Shown: positions 13,871-26,371 of the stretch, one piece after another
How positions within the stretch are numbered: position 1 is the first letter of the stretch
Layout: every line of letters starts with the position of its first letter
From: Sphaeroforma arctica JP610
Lineage: Eukaryota
Assembly: GCF_001186125.1 (NCBI RefSeq)
Contig: NW_014040556.1
Span: forward strand, 47,295-86,870
Length of the DNA stretch: 39,576 nucleotides
Direction: 5' to 3'
Notes under the pieces: model-generated
Seen by the model: the letters and a program-made list of their open reading frames with translations, nothing else
Databases searched by the model: none
What the model was told of the DNA's origin: nothing
Made by a program: the position numbers and the translations under genes

Positions 13871-15779
13871 TCTTCTTTCTCTTGCTTGAACACCTGATGG
13901 GGATGGCAGTGTTGATTTCACGTTCTCATGCAAAAGCAAAGAAAAATTCATTGGTATCAGTTTTACGGCCCTCAAGAAATCAATATTTTATCGGGATTAA
14001 AACAGTACAGTTGATATGTCGATAATGAAATCTACAACAGAAACAACATGTGACTATTGTGACCGCATAGAATATATATACAATTATCCCTGTTCAAAAA
14101 TGAATTTTACCTACACTTAAAGGAATGCAAAGCTTGAACTCGGCGTGTAAAATACTTTGTCTTAACACGGCACATGAAGTCCTTAAGAAATGCAATCAGC
14201 TTCTCAAGAATCCAATAGGTGTTACAGCAACAAAAACAAAAAAGTCACAGTTTCGGCATACCATATCACCATGCCTCACCGAAGGTACCCACCATGAGAA
14301 CTTCAACTCGCTGGGATATTATCATCAGAAGACGTGAAGTCGATCGACAGGGATAGCCAGGAAGAATCTTGTCACGTTGTCTATTGTAGGAACACGGCCA
14401 CTAATCAGTTTAAATATATCGATATATTTAAACAATTAAATACAAGTTTCATTTCCAATAATAAGGTATTTTAAATTCACTTCGATGGCTTTTATAGCCT
14501 AAATTTTAGTATGTTTCATATACTTGGCTCTATTTTTGAGACATTGGTAGACTAGGAAATTATATACTAGAATACTCGGTTTCTGAACTACTCCTTTGGA
14601 CCTGGACCTTCCGCCCATCTCCAGAATACGAGAAGTCTATATATTTTTTAAGCTTTTCTTCAGATTGATCTTTCATCTCTGATTGCTAATGTATTATCGT
14701 GGTTCATATACTTTCGCAAATCGACAACGATGGCAGGCGAACTATGAACCCTTTGCACTTCTAGTGTAAATGATCAATAACGTTGCCAGAAGTACGTTCT
14801 GTATGATTGAGGTTTATAAGGATTTATCAAGAAACAACCCCGATTATTCTTACACAAGCTATCACTGTTCAATCCTAACTTTCTTATCTTAATTCGCCGT
14901 ATTTTAAATTATAGTAGAACTAGTTTACAAAATCGTCTTTAAAAAAACAGATGAATGCAAACATTGAGTTGTCCATCGATGCAAACTGTTTTGAGGGTTT
15001 GCTACCAGTAGTTCAAACCCAAACTAAACAACCCATCATTGATGTCTATGAAACAGTGAACCTTCAAGCACTTCCAGTGCTATCAATACAGGTGATCATT
15101 CCGGTTGTATTGACAGCACTGAAAGTCAAAATTCCAAATACCAGCGCGAAAACTGTTGTCAAAGGTCTGAACACTAAAAAGTGTTGACACTTTCGAAAGT
15201 TCAAATATTCTTGTTCACACAATTCAATCATTGACATCTCAGTTTACTAACGATACAAAAGCACTCGAATCTCTTCAGTACGATCTCATATTTGAACCGC
15301 TGCATCAAATCAAGCTCACGCGACATTATCAATTTACACAGAACTCTTGCTTCAAATTTGAGAAAAGTACTATATGAGACTACTGGCATGCCTTGAACAA
15401 CTTGAAACCCTACAACGAAAATGCGAGATAGAAAGATTGCTAGCACAAGGTCGATAGCAAACTGTAGAATAGTAACGTAGAACCACAGAAGTAAACACTA
15501 AATATAGTTCACGTGGTACGATCAACATGCCGTGAAAACATCGACAAAGTCACTGACGGGCAGCACAAAACTACGGACTATATCGTAGTAAGTCCGGTTC
15601 AATTGGTGGTAGATAAGGGCCCACAAGAATACGCCTTAGCAGGCTACTGATTTAAGCAAGGTAGCCGGAATTAAAAGTCTTATCCCCGGGGCATACTGGA
15701 AAACTGTATTCACCAGTACGACAATAGCAAATCAATTTAAACACGAACGTTGTGTTGGTTGTCATCGTACATTGCAGAG

Positions 15780-16441
15780 AGTTTTGGGAATGCAGTGCCT
15801 GTTATGATGGCTGCTGCTTGAATTTGTGCTAAGTTGTACAGATCGTACAGTGGCTTCAACGCGGCATGCCAAATAGGTGGAGCTCATGCACTGATGTTCA
15901 AACTATAGGTGGTCGCTGAAAGAATGAATGTCTTGATTAGTGCCAACCGATTTCGCGGATGGCGCCAGCTGAATCCATGAAACCCATACGCCCGGAAGGA
16001 CACTAAAGTCTGGAGTAATGCTGCCACGAGATGGTCCATGAGCTATACAAAGTCAATGCTGTCCGGTACGCCCTGGGACAGTTGAAATCCTAAGTATTCG
16101 GAAGGTTGTGAATAGATGTCAGAGAGTTCCGCCACCATGGGCATGAGAAGGTAAAGTAGGTGTCTGTTTTGAGTGTTCGCATTTGGGGAACTACTAGTGT
16201 TGGTTTTATATGATGTCCTTTGATACGGAGAGACGGTACCCCAAGCACTGTATTCGACGATTTTGTTTCGGGCTAAAGAATCCCTTGTTCTAGACCGGAT
16301 TGGCGACCCCATGTTATCATCAATCGTGTTCAGAAGGGTTGTAGCCATACAGACTGCGGAGCCTGAATGCGCGTTTCATCTACAAAGAGATAGGAACGGA
16401 AGTTTTCCGGCCGAAATCGTGCAAGCGTAGTAAACAGGGTA

Positions 16442-16532
<91 letters not shown>

Positions 16533-16796
16533 GTAGTAGTACGTANNNNNNNNNNNNNNNNNNNNNNNNNNNNNNNNNNNNNNNNNNNNNNNNNNNNNNN
16601 NNNNNNNNNNNNNNNNNNNNNNNNNNNNNNNNNNNNNNNNNNNNNNNNNNNNNNNNNNNNNNNNNNNNNNNNNNNNNNNNNNNNNNNNNNNNNNNNNNNN
16701 NNNNNNNNNNNNNNNNNNNNNNNNNNNNNNNNNNNNNNNNNNNNNNNNNNNNNNNNNNNNNNNNNNNNNNNNNNNNNNNNNNNNATATATATATAT

Positions 16797-16855
<59 letters not shown>

Positions 16856-17449
16856 AAAATCGTTGGATCGACAATCGAACTTTTAGTATGCCATTCGTTC
16901 TATGGAAAGAAGGTGAAAACTTCCCACGACACGTCACCCGTGTGGGGACATCCTCAAACAATGCACAGAGACAACTTATTCAGTTCTCTGGCATTACGGT
17001 GTGGCGCAACAGCATCCACATACGCGGAAAGACCACCTTATTGTATGCTTTGGTAATGCCAAGACATTCATCATTCGTGGCATCATTGGATTGTCTCACA
17101 TTCCATCGTAGCAAGGGCATGAGTGTGACAAGAGTAGTGTGATTTGAATCCAACTTGAGCTGCATGGGTGGTTGATCCGGGGTGATTTGATATCAGCAGT
17201 AGGGAGCACTTCGTAAAATGCGTCAAACAGTCTACGCTAAAGTTATCGGTCGAAAATCGGTAGGGGATGCAATATCCGTGTCTGCTTTCTTCGGATGGGC
17301 TGCCAAGAAGGTACAGTTGAAAACTTTAAAAAATGTACTAGCCATTAAGAGGGCGGAGAATGCCTCAGCCAAGATTCTAATAAGTGGGCTGCCAAAGTCA
17401 GGGCGTCCCATAGTTGGGGGGTCAGTCGATCATTCTACTGCGGCCTTAA
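15780..17449 (-). pseudogene. Degenerate non-LTR retrotransposon (LINE) reverse transcriptase, interrupted by a (TA)n tract
   Basis: Manual minus-strand translation gives HPKKADTDIASPTDFRPITL, AQVGFKSHYSC, GITKAYNKV, FIIYIDTL, YLFVDE (YADD position), EYLGFQL, RLALIKTFILSATTY and LAQIQAAAIITG, collinear but with stops and frameshifts. Confidence 0.82.
16443..16851. repeat. (TA)n tract with internal gap, inside the LINE RT
   Basis: Directly visible. Confidence 0.95.
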
Positions 17450-19658
17450 TGTAGCATCTAGGGCCCAGAAAATCAACCCCCCCCCCCCCTACCTAATACA
17501 AACACCAAAACCAAGTATTATCAAATGCTGAGTTTTGGATCTAAGATCCAATATTTCTGATATTAGAGTGATATGTAATTTAGCGGTAATACCGACATAT
17601 TGTACAGGGACTCCCGCGTGTGAGAGAACACTTAAGTAATAATTGAGGAAATGAACGAACACAAATAAAGACTCAATGTGAGTCCTTCAGCCTAGGAATT
17701 TTACCTAGCTAAGAGATTCGCACTTGAGAAGTCAACCGACAAGGACGATAAAAAGGTCTTAATTAGTAAGATAACAATTCCTAGTAAGAATAATAGTTAA
17801 CTAAGCTAGCAACCCAGCAGTGGTGTGGCAAAAAGAGGGCAAAAGAAGAGGCACAACCTATCGAGAGAATCTACTCGACAAAGAAGCGTGTTTTGGGGTT
17901 TAACTGAGAACCAGGAGACGAACAGAGAACGAACACGATCAACGAAGAATTTTGTAACTCTCTTCACTCCACAAAACAGGCAAGCAGGGCTAAACAGGTA
18001 CCCACTGAGAGTTTATTGTATTGCATCGTTTTATTGTATTAGGAAAATTGAGCCTAGGTGTCCCCGTAAATAAACAAATGTTGTACCAAGGGTAAAAAAC
18101 ATAACCTGTCACTGTGATAACATTATCAATGTTGAGGAGTAAATATTTTGTATATAAAAAAGTGTCACTTATGATAACTTCTTTTAAGTTGGGGGCTATG
18201 AACTCAATAGAGTGGTGAACAAGCAAAATGATAACATGCACAAATCACACTACACAACACGCTGAAGACCATATCTACCACCAGAGAAGCATAAAACACG
18301 CGAACATATTACAAGCAAACATAAATCGATGTTAAACGCAACATACACATTGAAATCACAAAGTATACAAAAGTATATACCAAATAGTTAACAGAAAACA
18401 ACAGTAGCGAAGCAATATGACCTGACGCGCAAGGGACACTGTAGAATCCACAAGCCAAGTCAAACAGTCATAGAAGCATCAACAAAGGTCAAATCAACAT
18501 TCAAATGAAGATTCAAAAGCAAGAACCTAAGACACAACGCACAATAGGCATCCAGGCAAGGGGAAATATACCACTGCAAAAAAACTAATAAGAGCACAAC
18601 ACAGACACAGAACACGCATGTATGGATAAGCAATAACGGTGTACGCTTGTTGACGAGCTATTAAATTTAATGGACATCTTAACATCTAAAATCCATAGAT
18701 GACTTAAACACACGAAAGATACCACATATAAACTCCATAGATGTCAGGACATACACAAGAATAAACCATAGACATAAATAAACAGTTAGTATTCAAAGTG
18801 TATTAAGTATCAAGAACACCAAGGTATAGAATCAGATGTAAGTGAAATGGAACATGAGATCAACCACACACAAACAGAAATAGCTAATATTGAGAAGTAC
18901 TTTTATACAGACATAAACGCTTGCAGCTCACATGTACCGACACGTACACACTAAAAGGCACAAAACCCCAGTGGCAAGGTTAGATCTAAATACCATCAAA
19001 TTCACAAACAGCACCAAAAGATACATCGATAGTGTCCCTCAACTGCAGAGGTGATCCTAAAGTTTCAACATATAGAATACAAAGGCAGGAATAAAGATAT
19101 AAAGATACAAATAAAACAAAAATACACAAACGTGCAGTGAAGATCAGATCGAATATTTGATGGTAAAATAGCAATTGAACCGAACAAGTTATTTCAGACA
19201 CAGTTTTACCAACGTCTGCGATCCCATGTCTGAATTTCAGACCAAAACAAGAATACAAGGGACAAAAATAAGATAAGTGATGAACTACACATTACAACAC
19301 ATTCCAACATCAGGGGCCACACACACACGGACATACGTTCAGCACTCACAAAACAGGTCACACCTCTCATGAACATCACATGAACTAAAACAGAAATCAC
19401 AAGAGGAGGTCTAGTCACAACAATAAAAACCATAATCCCTCCATAAAAAAATCAGGTGTCAAAAGAATGTCAAGTTGAGCTAATTGAGCCTACAGGACAA
19501 CACGGAACTCCCACAGACACCACGAAAAAGACCTACACAAAGGTAATAACCAAATTAACGCAAAATGGGTGAATTTAAAGGGGGAACATGTTTATGTTGG
19601 AGAACAAGACTGAGTAATACAACAGGCGCACACCACACAGAAGAGTATTCTAACACTA
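17450..19658 (+). mobile_element. LTR start plus long A-rich leader of a plus-strand LTR retrotransposon relic
   Basis: Begins TGTAGCATCTAGGG where the LINE similarity ends; the first ~140 bp are homologous to 26372 onward (aatatttctgatattagagt...ttagcggta); a gag-like frame follows. The LTR 3' boundary was not identified. Confidence 0.55.
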
Positions 19659-20810
19659 ATGGCAACTCAACACAAGAATAGTCGATGACTTCTGCGCCAT
19701 ACCAACGAACACAGCACGACGGAGCCTACGCGCACAAGTGAGCTCCACTCGCACGCACGCGAGGAAACACAAGCCGTACCGTAGAACCAATCCAGTACAC
19801 ACAGACGCAATGCCAGTTTTCCAGGCATCCTCACGCACTTTCACTCCTAATAACGAAGAAGGAGCGATGCACATGGACGATGATCCCACGCCAGCGAGAA
19901 GATCATTAGATCCAGCAATGAATAAAATCGAAGTGGTCATCGACAAAGACATCTACGATGGTAACGCCTATATTATAGGCATACTATTGAACAAGCTGTA
20001 CGCACAGAAGGCGAAGGATCCCATTGACATACGCGCACTCCACGAGCTGCGTAATGCAGTCTACAACCAACAACCCAACAGATTGATACCAGAAGTAGAT
20101 CAATGGTTATCAGAGTTATACACAATAAAGCTATGAGGGACTGTGATAAAAGGGATCACGATGAGTGCATTGCAATCAGGGGCTTTATGAGCGAGTTAAC
20201 ACTAATTAGATCATATGTATGGGATAAAATCTCAGAACCAGAGATGAACAAGCTAAAGATGAGTAAGTTCCCCAAGTGGCCAACCAACAAGTATGTTAGC
20301 ATGGCCGATTGTCGCGATACAATATAGTTTGTATCTGTAGCAAAAGACTTGTTTGCGAGCACCAACATGCCATTGATACAGTATCTATCACTCGTACAAT
20401 AATTGCTACGACAGATAGACGCAACAGAGGTATCGCGCACAGCACTCAATATACGTAGTTCCAAACAGCTTTGGAAAGACTTCACTGATGTGGAAGACTA
20501 CAATATATTAATCATTGACAACTTGCGTCGCACTCAAACTTGCGTCGCACTCCAGTAGACTATCTACTAGAGAAGTGGCTCAACGACTTTTATGACACTC
20601 GTATGAACGTTGAAGTACGGGCAGCACGATTGCGTCGCACAATGCTCGAGTTGGAGAAACGATACAAGAGCACTGAGAGAGAGTCCATTAATTGGCAATA
20701 TCTCAAATTATCACGTTACCAATCACTAGTCATGTACGGACAGCAAGCTGATGAGAAAGATATGAATACCATCCGAACCAGGGCCTTTTTTTGGATAGCG
20801 CAGCATTGCC
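19659..20810 (+). pseudogene. Degenerate gag (capsid)-like ORF
   Basis: Three frameshifted segments (19738, 20103 and 20540 ORFs) join into a helical protein with gag-like pattern KFPKWP...FVSVAKDLF...LWKDF...MNVEVRAARLRRTMLEL; a 17-bp tandem duplication at ~20520-20553 causes one frameshift. Confidence 0.5.
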
Positions 20811-23229
20811 TTCAACACCAACTCCGGGTGAATAACTGCTTTCGATAAAGGAGTTGCTGATGTGTCCGGTGGAATGACGCGTGGGTTAGTTGAACCCGTC
20901 AGTGTAGCGCCTGAATCCTGGACACTCAGTCTACAAGATTGACGCGGTGATCGACGTTGATGTGCGATATCTTTATACATCTGAAGATTGTGCTGGGCAA
21001 CCGATCGCGGGCGGAACGTGTGATTCGACAATGGTTGTACCCACGAATTGTCAGTGTCGTAATAGCAACCTCCAAAAATTGCAGGGTTTACTGCGTAGCA
21101 CCAGATTCGATTTAGTATACGCTCCAATCCGTCTGCCAATACATGTATTGTCAGGTATGACCGTAGTAGTTGTTGATGCTCCCGGATCTCAGTCTGAAAC
21201 AACAGTGTGCGGGCCTTGTCGTGTAAATAATGCAGTCGGTGGCGATACCGGTTAAAACCTTGGAATGGACGACTCTGGTGCTGGGGCGGTGATTGGGACA
21301 GAGGCACTCGCCGGAGAAGGTGTACTGGTTCATTTGGGATCACCTGATGATCAAGTTCAAATTTGAGATCCTTGTAGGTACCGTGTTTCACAAGAAGATA
21401 TGTTTGAAGAGAGGCTGGGGTTGTTGGTCTGTAGTAAGCGTGCTCTGTACCGGTAGATCCACCCGTATGCATGTATTGTAGACACTATGGCACGGAGCTA
21501 CAGTCTTTCCGCGAGGACCATGGATCGTGGATGTGTCACGATACTGAAATTGAAATCACCCCAAACGAGATCTGGTTGAATTGTGCCAATCTCAGGAGGA
21601 TTCATGTAACTTCTGCATATGTTTATGAGTTTAGTGGGAGGTGGACTACAGCCATTCGAATACCAAAGCAGGAGAAGAAACTCGTATATGGTGATCAAAA
21701 GATGAGATAAAACTTCGATCGGTGATGCTTATAAAGTATTACAATGCCACAGTGCAAAGTGTGAAAGGATTCGTATCGTGCAGTGTAATGTATGGCGTGA
21801 TACTTTGTGGAAGAGCGTACGTGATTTCGGAAAGCCATGGTAGGATTCAACCACACGCATAGCATCGACCTGATCCATAACCGATATAACGATTTCGTCA
21901 GATTTTCCTTGCTGAGACCTCGTGGGTTGAAGCGTCATCCGCATAGGTCCTAACATTGTTCTTCCTCTGACAAGTTGATAACGGGTTCTGTATTGCTGAT
22001 TTCCAAGTCGGCATCTGCATTACGTGCTTTCAGATAAACTGCCGATGAAGTAGTTGGGTTGCGTGCTCTCGGTTGTGGATTTACCACGCTTTGATTGAAA
22101 TGTCCTCTCAATGCGCTCGGTTATATATTTGAGGATCTCGATATTTGCTGATTTCGTCAAAGGGTTCAGGAGTAGATCAAGGCTGTTGCGGACAATCTCT
22201 GGTGTCAAGTCTGCACCACATCGGGCCTCGCGCCTGGTTCAAAGATAATGTATGATTGCTGCTTTGGTTGAATCTGAGTGCATATTTGAGCTGGGATCGA
22301 TATTTTCGTCAAGGCGCCAATTCAAGAAAGCATTCGCAATTCATTTCTAACGTGCTTCGACCTAAGCAGAAATGCAGATTTGGATGACTGGTTGCTCGGC
22401 CCCGACGGTTGCGTTCGGAAATTGGTTTCGATGGCAGATACCAGGGAAGATTGTGACTATTTAAAAAAGGGCGGGGGCGCCATACATGTTCGAAGATAGA
22501 ACGGTAGGGNNNNNNNNNNNNNNNNNNNNNNNNNNNNNNNNNNNNNNNNNNNNNNNNNNNNNNNNNNNNNNNNNNNNNNNNNNNNNNNNNNAGTGTAGAG
22601 AGAGAGGAGGGGGGGGGGGGCCTTATCATTTGGAAATACTGCTTTGAAATAGAGCCAGATAGGAGTTGTATCCGTCAATTTGTCTATTCTGGCATCACCC
22701 GTCATTTGCGACATGAGTGCTTCAGAAATTGCCGGGCGGGCTGTAATTTGATTCTGGAGAGGTTGGTCGTGTTTTGGGGGACGGTTGATTGGATATAAAT
22801 TCTTTATAGAGTGGTAGCTGCCAACGTTAACGCTACGCCGCCCATTGGTGTGCAAACCTTTTACCGATGCAGTGATCACAGTGGCATCATTTATTGATTA
22901 CTGAGATGAGCTCAGACAAGATTCACTAAAAACCCTTAAACCCATACTTTAGCGGTCAGAAATAAAGTGAAGCGCTACAGTAAAGTGCATCATTAGTATC
23001 CCGGATTTTTTTTTCTTTGAAGGTGCATATGTTAGTAAACATCCAGAACGAAGTACTCGGAGGAAATCGAAACCATGGAAGAAGTGATGGCCTAGCTCTG
23101 CAGCTGTGAATGAATAATGCTTTTCTCTCAGTTTGAACAATCTACAAATGACAGAACCATGTGTGCTCTAGTTACGCAAGAGGTTCGTATGTTCTCTGTA
23201 GCGTGCGTCATTGACAGTCTGCGGTTGCT

Positions 23230-24193
23230 ATCTTAAGAATCAATGCGTTGACAGTGTTGGAACATAGACAACGATTCGCGGAAGGTATTGCGGTCTGCTT
23301 TGGTGATCTTGTGTGCGTTGCGTAGTGCCTCATAGGTCGAGGTTTGTACTAACTCGTACCGTGCTTCTTCGCATTCCTCTAGGTAAGTATCACGTTCCTG
23401 GCGTATTCGTGCCGGAGGGCATCACGTTCAGAGGTAACGGTGTTGCAGTCGTCAAGGTAAGTACCACGCTCGTAAGGAATACGTGTAAGGTCGTGCTTCA
23501 GGGAGACATGTTCAGTAGTGGTATTCGATTTAGCGTGGCGTGTGTACTCAAGATTGCTAGGAAGATTATCCCGGGAGAGAGCATGTTGGCTACACTCAGA
23601 GCGTGCTTGGTCACGCTCGATAACGACACTGCTATGCTCGGTTCTGATGCGATCGCGGTCAGCGGCAAGCGATGGTGTTCGATGACGTGTTGTTTGCAGT
23701 ATACGATAGTAAGATTAAGTTCTGTGATGATAGTGTTGCGTTCATGAGGGAGTCCGTTGATGTCAGCAGTTATAGTTGCAATTGTCTTGGATTGTGTGAT
23801 GCTATCGGCGTGTAGTGTGTCACGTTCATTGATGGCGGTGTCGCGTTCGTGAACAGGTGTATTACGTTCGTGTCGGATACGAGAAAGGTCAGCTTGGGCG
23901 GCGGTGTTGGTGGCGTAACAATCGTTGCAGCCGGCGATAGCGTCGATAGTGTCTAGTACGGAGAATGCGGCATGCGCACTGAGGTAGACGACGATATTGC
24001 TGACATGGGGGTTAAACTTGGTGTTGATGACAGTAGCAAGGATTCGGTCAAGTTTGATATGGTCGTTGGCGTGGCGGATGTTGAGGTAAGGTGTGAGTTG
24101 AGGAAAGAAGTCACGGTAAAATCGTTGCACGCCGTCCACAGGGGAGACATTACCAGGGAGAATCTGTCCCGTCGGTGGAGGTGTGCGTCGCAT
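23230..24193 (-). pseudogene. ORF1/gag-like protein with a long coiled coil of ERD/ERN heptads (frameshifted)
   Basis: HERNTPVHERDTAINERDTL...HERNTI...SERDALRHE...ERDTYLEE; starts ~165 bp after the PBS. Confidence 0.55.
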
Positions 24194-24358
24194 ATTGGAG
24201 TGGGCGAGTGAGATCAGGAGAAGAAAGTCACGAAATGAGACGAGAGATCAGAAAAGTGAATCAGTGACCAGAGGATGAGGAAACTCGGGGGTGGTTGGGT
24301 GGAAATCTTAGCGATGTAGATAAGGTACGTAAATAAAATAGCATACATATTCGATATA

Positions 24359-24369
24359 GGCCCATAACC
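24359..24369 (-). promoter_or_regulatory. Primer-binding site for half-tRNAiMet (GGTTATGGGCC)
   Basis: Minus strand reads ...TTCCAACA|GGTTATGGGCC, directly after the LTR end; matches the copia/Ty5-type PBS complementary to the tRNAiMet anticodon arm. Confidence 0.75.
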
Positions 24370-24888
24370 TGTTGGAACATATAGTATGCGAGAAGTAAAT
24401 TTGCCATTATAATGTGTATTATCTATATAATATAATGATTGCCGTGTGCTATATATTCTGACAATTATTTGGCCGAAACATAAACAGTAATATATTTTGG
24501 ATCCCTAAGGTTTTAGGGTTTGTTAGAGTGCAATGTAGTGTACAATTTAGGAGGCTATGAATGTAGTAGACTTTAAATATAATGCAAATGTATATATTTA
24601 TTTCTGACCTCACCTTTGGTTTTATACCTAAGGTGTTTGTGCTAGTGCTCAGCTGCTTGGGCTGGCCAGGGTAAAACCTCATATGATCAGTATGAGAAAC
24701 CTTATGCAAAACACTTTAAGGCCGAATTCTACGAAATTTCGCCACGTATAAGCCGATGGCAAAATGTACCTTTATCCGCGATTCATTGGATAGGGTACTT
24801 CTTAGCATCAATCAATCGAGGAGATTAATACGATCACGTCGGTACCTTTAAGTAGGTAGTCGGATGCCTATATCAGTATGTACCAACA
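24370..24888 (-). repeat. LTR (519 bp)
   Basis: Termini TGTTGGAACATA ... TATGTACCAACA form an 11/12 inverted repeat; PBS adjacent. Confidence 0.7.
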
Positions 24889-26371
24889 GGATACGCAATG
24901 ACTACGCAGTAATCACATTTTGAGTACTTTTTGTGTATTTTTGAAGGAATCCGGGTTTTCAAGGTTTGGGTCGATTATTCTTTTTTTTATCGACCAATGA
25001 GTAAAAATCATTTTATTCACACATAGACACCATCATGAACATGCTGTAGGTGTCCTTTACGGGGATGGCCATAGCTACTTAACTAAGCATGCTAGAGACA
25101 CCGGTCCAATGATGGCTGTGCTTTCTGATTCATTGTCTAGCTTTTCCTGTAAAAACATTGGTAGATATTCCAAACGTCGAGTAAAGGTTCCAAGTCTCAT
25201 CGCTTATCCGGTTTCTAATATTTCGACCTTGGAATATAAAAAAATCGTAGAATATGGTCTTAACATTTCGATGCTATTCTATTTCAACTTTTTTGCAACT
25301 AAATCTCACGCTGATCACATGATGCCATTCCGCATAGGTTGTGGTTCACATAGAACCGCAGCTATTTTTAGGATGTTGCGGTTGACATACTTAATCCACT
25401 CTCGGGAATAAGTTGAGAAACCTCATCTGCTCTCGGAAGTCGGTTAAGTATTAACTCAACTCTTGAGAGTATTTTAAGCAACTTGATTAGCTCTCGGGAG
25501 TGAGCTAACTTCGATGATTTCCATAAATCAAAGAGGGTTTCTTGCTGTAAAATCTGGCCGGAGACCTGTAGTCTCTCAGGGGTTGAGTCTCATAAAATTC
25601 GTCTCAACAGACAGGTTATACCTGATACATCAGGTGCCTCCATAACATTGACATGGAGCTGATACAGTACGCCCAAAACTATAAAGGAGGGATAGACAGC
25701 TGCTTATTTGCTCGATATTGTGAAAAGAAAACGTTACCTGAAGCTACGCATGTGCTATGACTGATCTAGTTTCGGTTCGATTAGTGTTTTCGAGTCATTG
25801 GTTTATGACCTTAATCAGTTCTATGTTGCTACGATCGTGACGTGTTTCATGAGCGTCATCGTAGCTGTATTTTTATTGAGTGCTTGTGTTGTCATTATCT
25901 TAGACTGGCAATTTATAGAAAGTATTATACCCTTTCGTTTTTGCTTAATATATGACAGGAATCCACTTGCTTGTACATACGAGACCGATGTCGCAGACCA
26001 TGGTTTATTTTCAAAGTATTCTATAATATAGCTCGATCCCTGATACAAAGACATGTTCACGGTAGGGCTGTCTCCTATTGTATATACTAGTAATTCTACT
26101 CATTCATATGGCGTATCGGACAACATAACGCAAGAGTATATTCCATAATGTGTACATGATTTAGAATCGAAGTCTTTGTTCTCACGGTGCGTTAGTCAAC
26201 GCAGAATATATATATAAATACAATTGAAAGAAATCACTTTCGGGGTGAGTAAGATATTTGAAATCAGTTGCCTTTATAGTTATACTTATATTCGGCAAAA
26301 AAACAATATTTTTCAAATAGCCACAGCGATTGTATTACGTTAAAACATTTAGTCAGAAATTAATAGCTCCA

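Larger units (their letters stand above)
20900..24888 (-). mobile_element. Highly decayed Ty3/gypsy (chromodomain-type) LTR retrotransposon: LTR, PBS, coiled-coil ORF1, RT/RH remnants, integrase, chromodomain
   Basis: LTR 24370-24888; ORF1 from 24193; RT-like PAISEALMSQMTGDARIDKL (~22700); integrase Zn-like VVESYHG...TLFHKV (~21820); HPRS(NG)LAER at 21504-21533; QGPHTVV; chromo-like GCYYDTDNSWVQP (~21050). No 3' LTR seen. Confidence 0.55.

Noticed and set aside
12970..14025. Long ORFs across N runs (also 16443-16961 and 33292-34372)
   Set aside because: Artefacts of assembly gaps and microsatellites.
13842..15780. Short ORFs between the gap and the LINE relic
   Set aside because: No recognisable motifs; probably old TE debris that I cannot classify.
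23255..23266. Second TGTTGGAACATA matching the 24370 LTR end
   Set aside because: The flanks do not align and it lies within ORF1; probably chance.
24315..24733. Alternative LTR TGTAGA...TCTACG resembling the termini of the MTase-gypsy LTR
   Set aside because: It overlaps the better-supported LTR 24370-24888, which has an 11/12 terminal inverted repeat and an adjacent PBS.
24890..26370. Possible DNA-transposase relic (SDETW on the minus strand near 25190)
   Set aside because: Single short motif, no supporting DDE residues or terminal inverted repeats.
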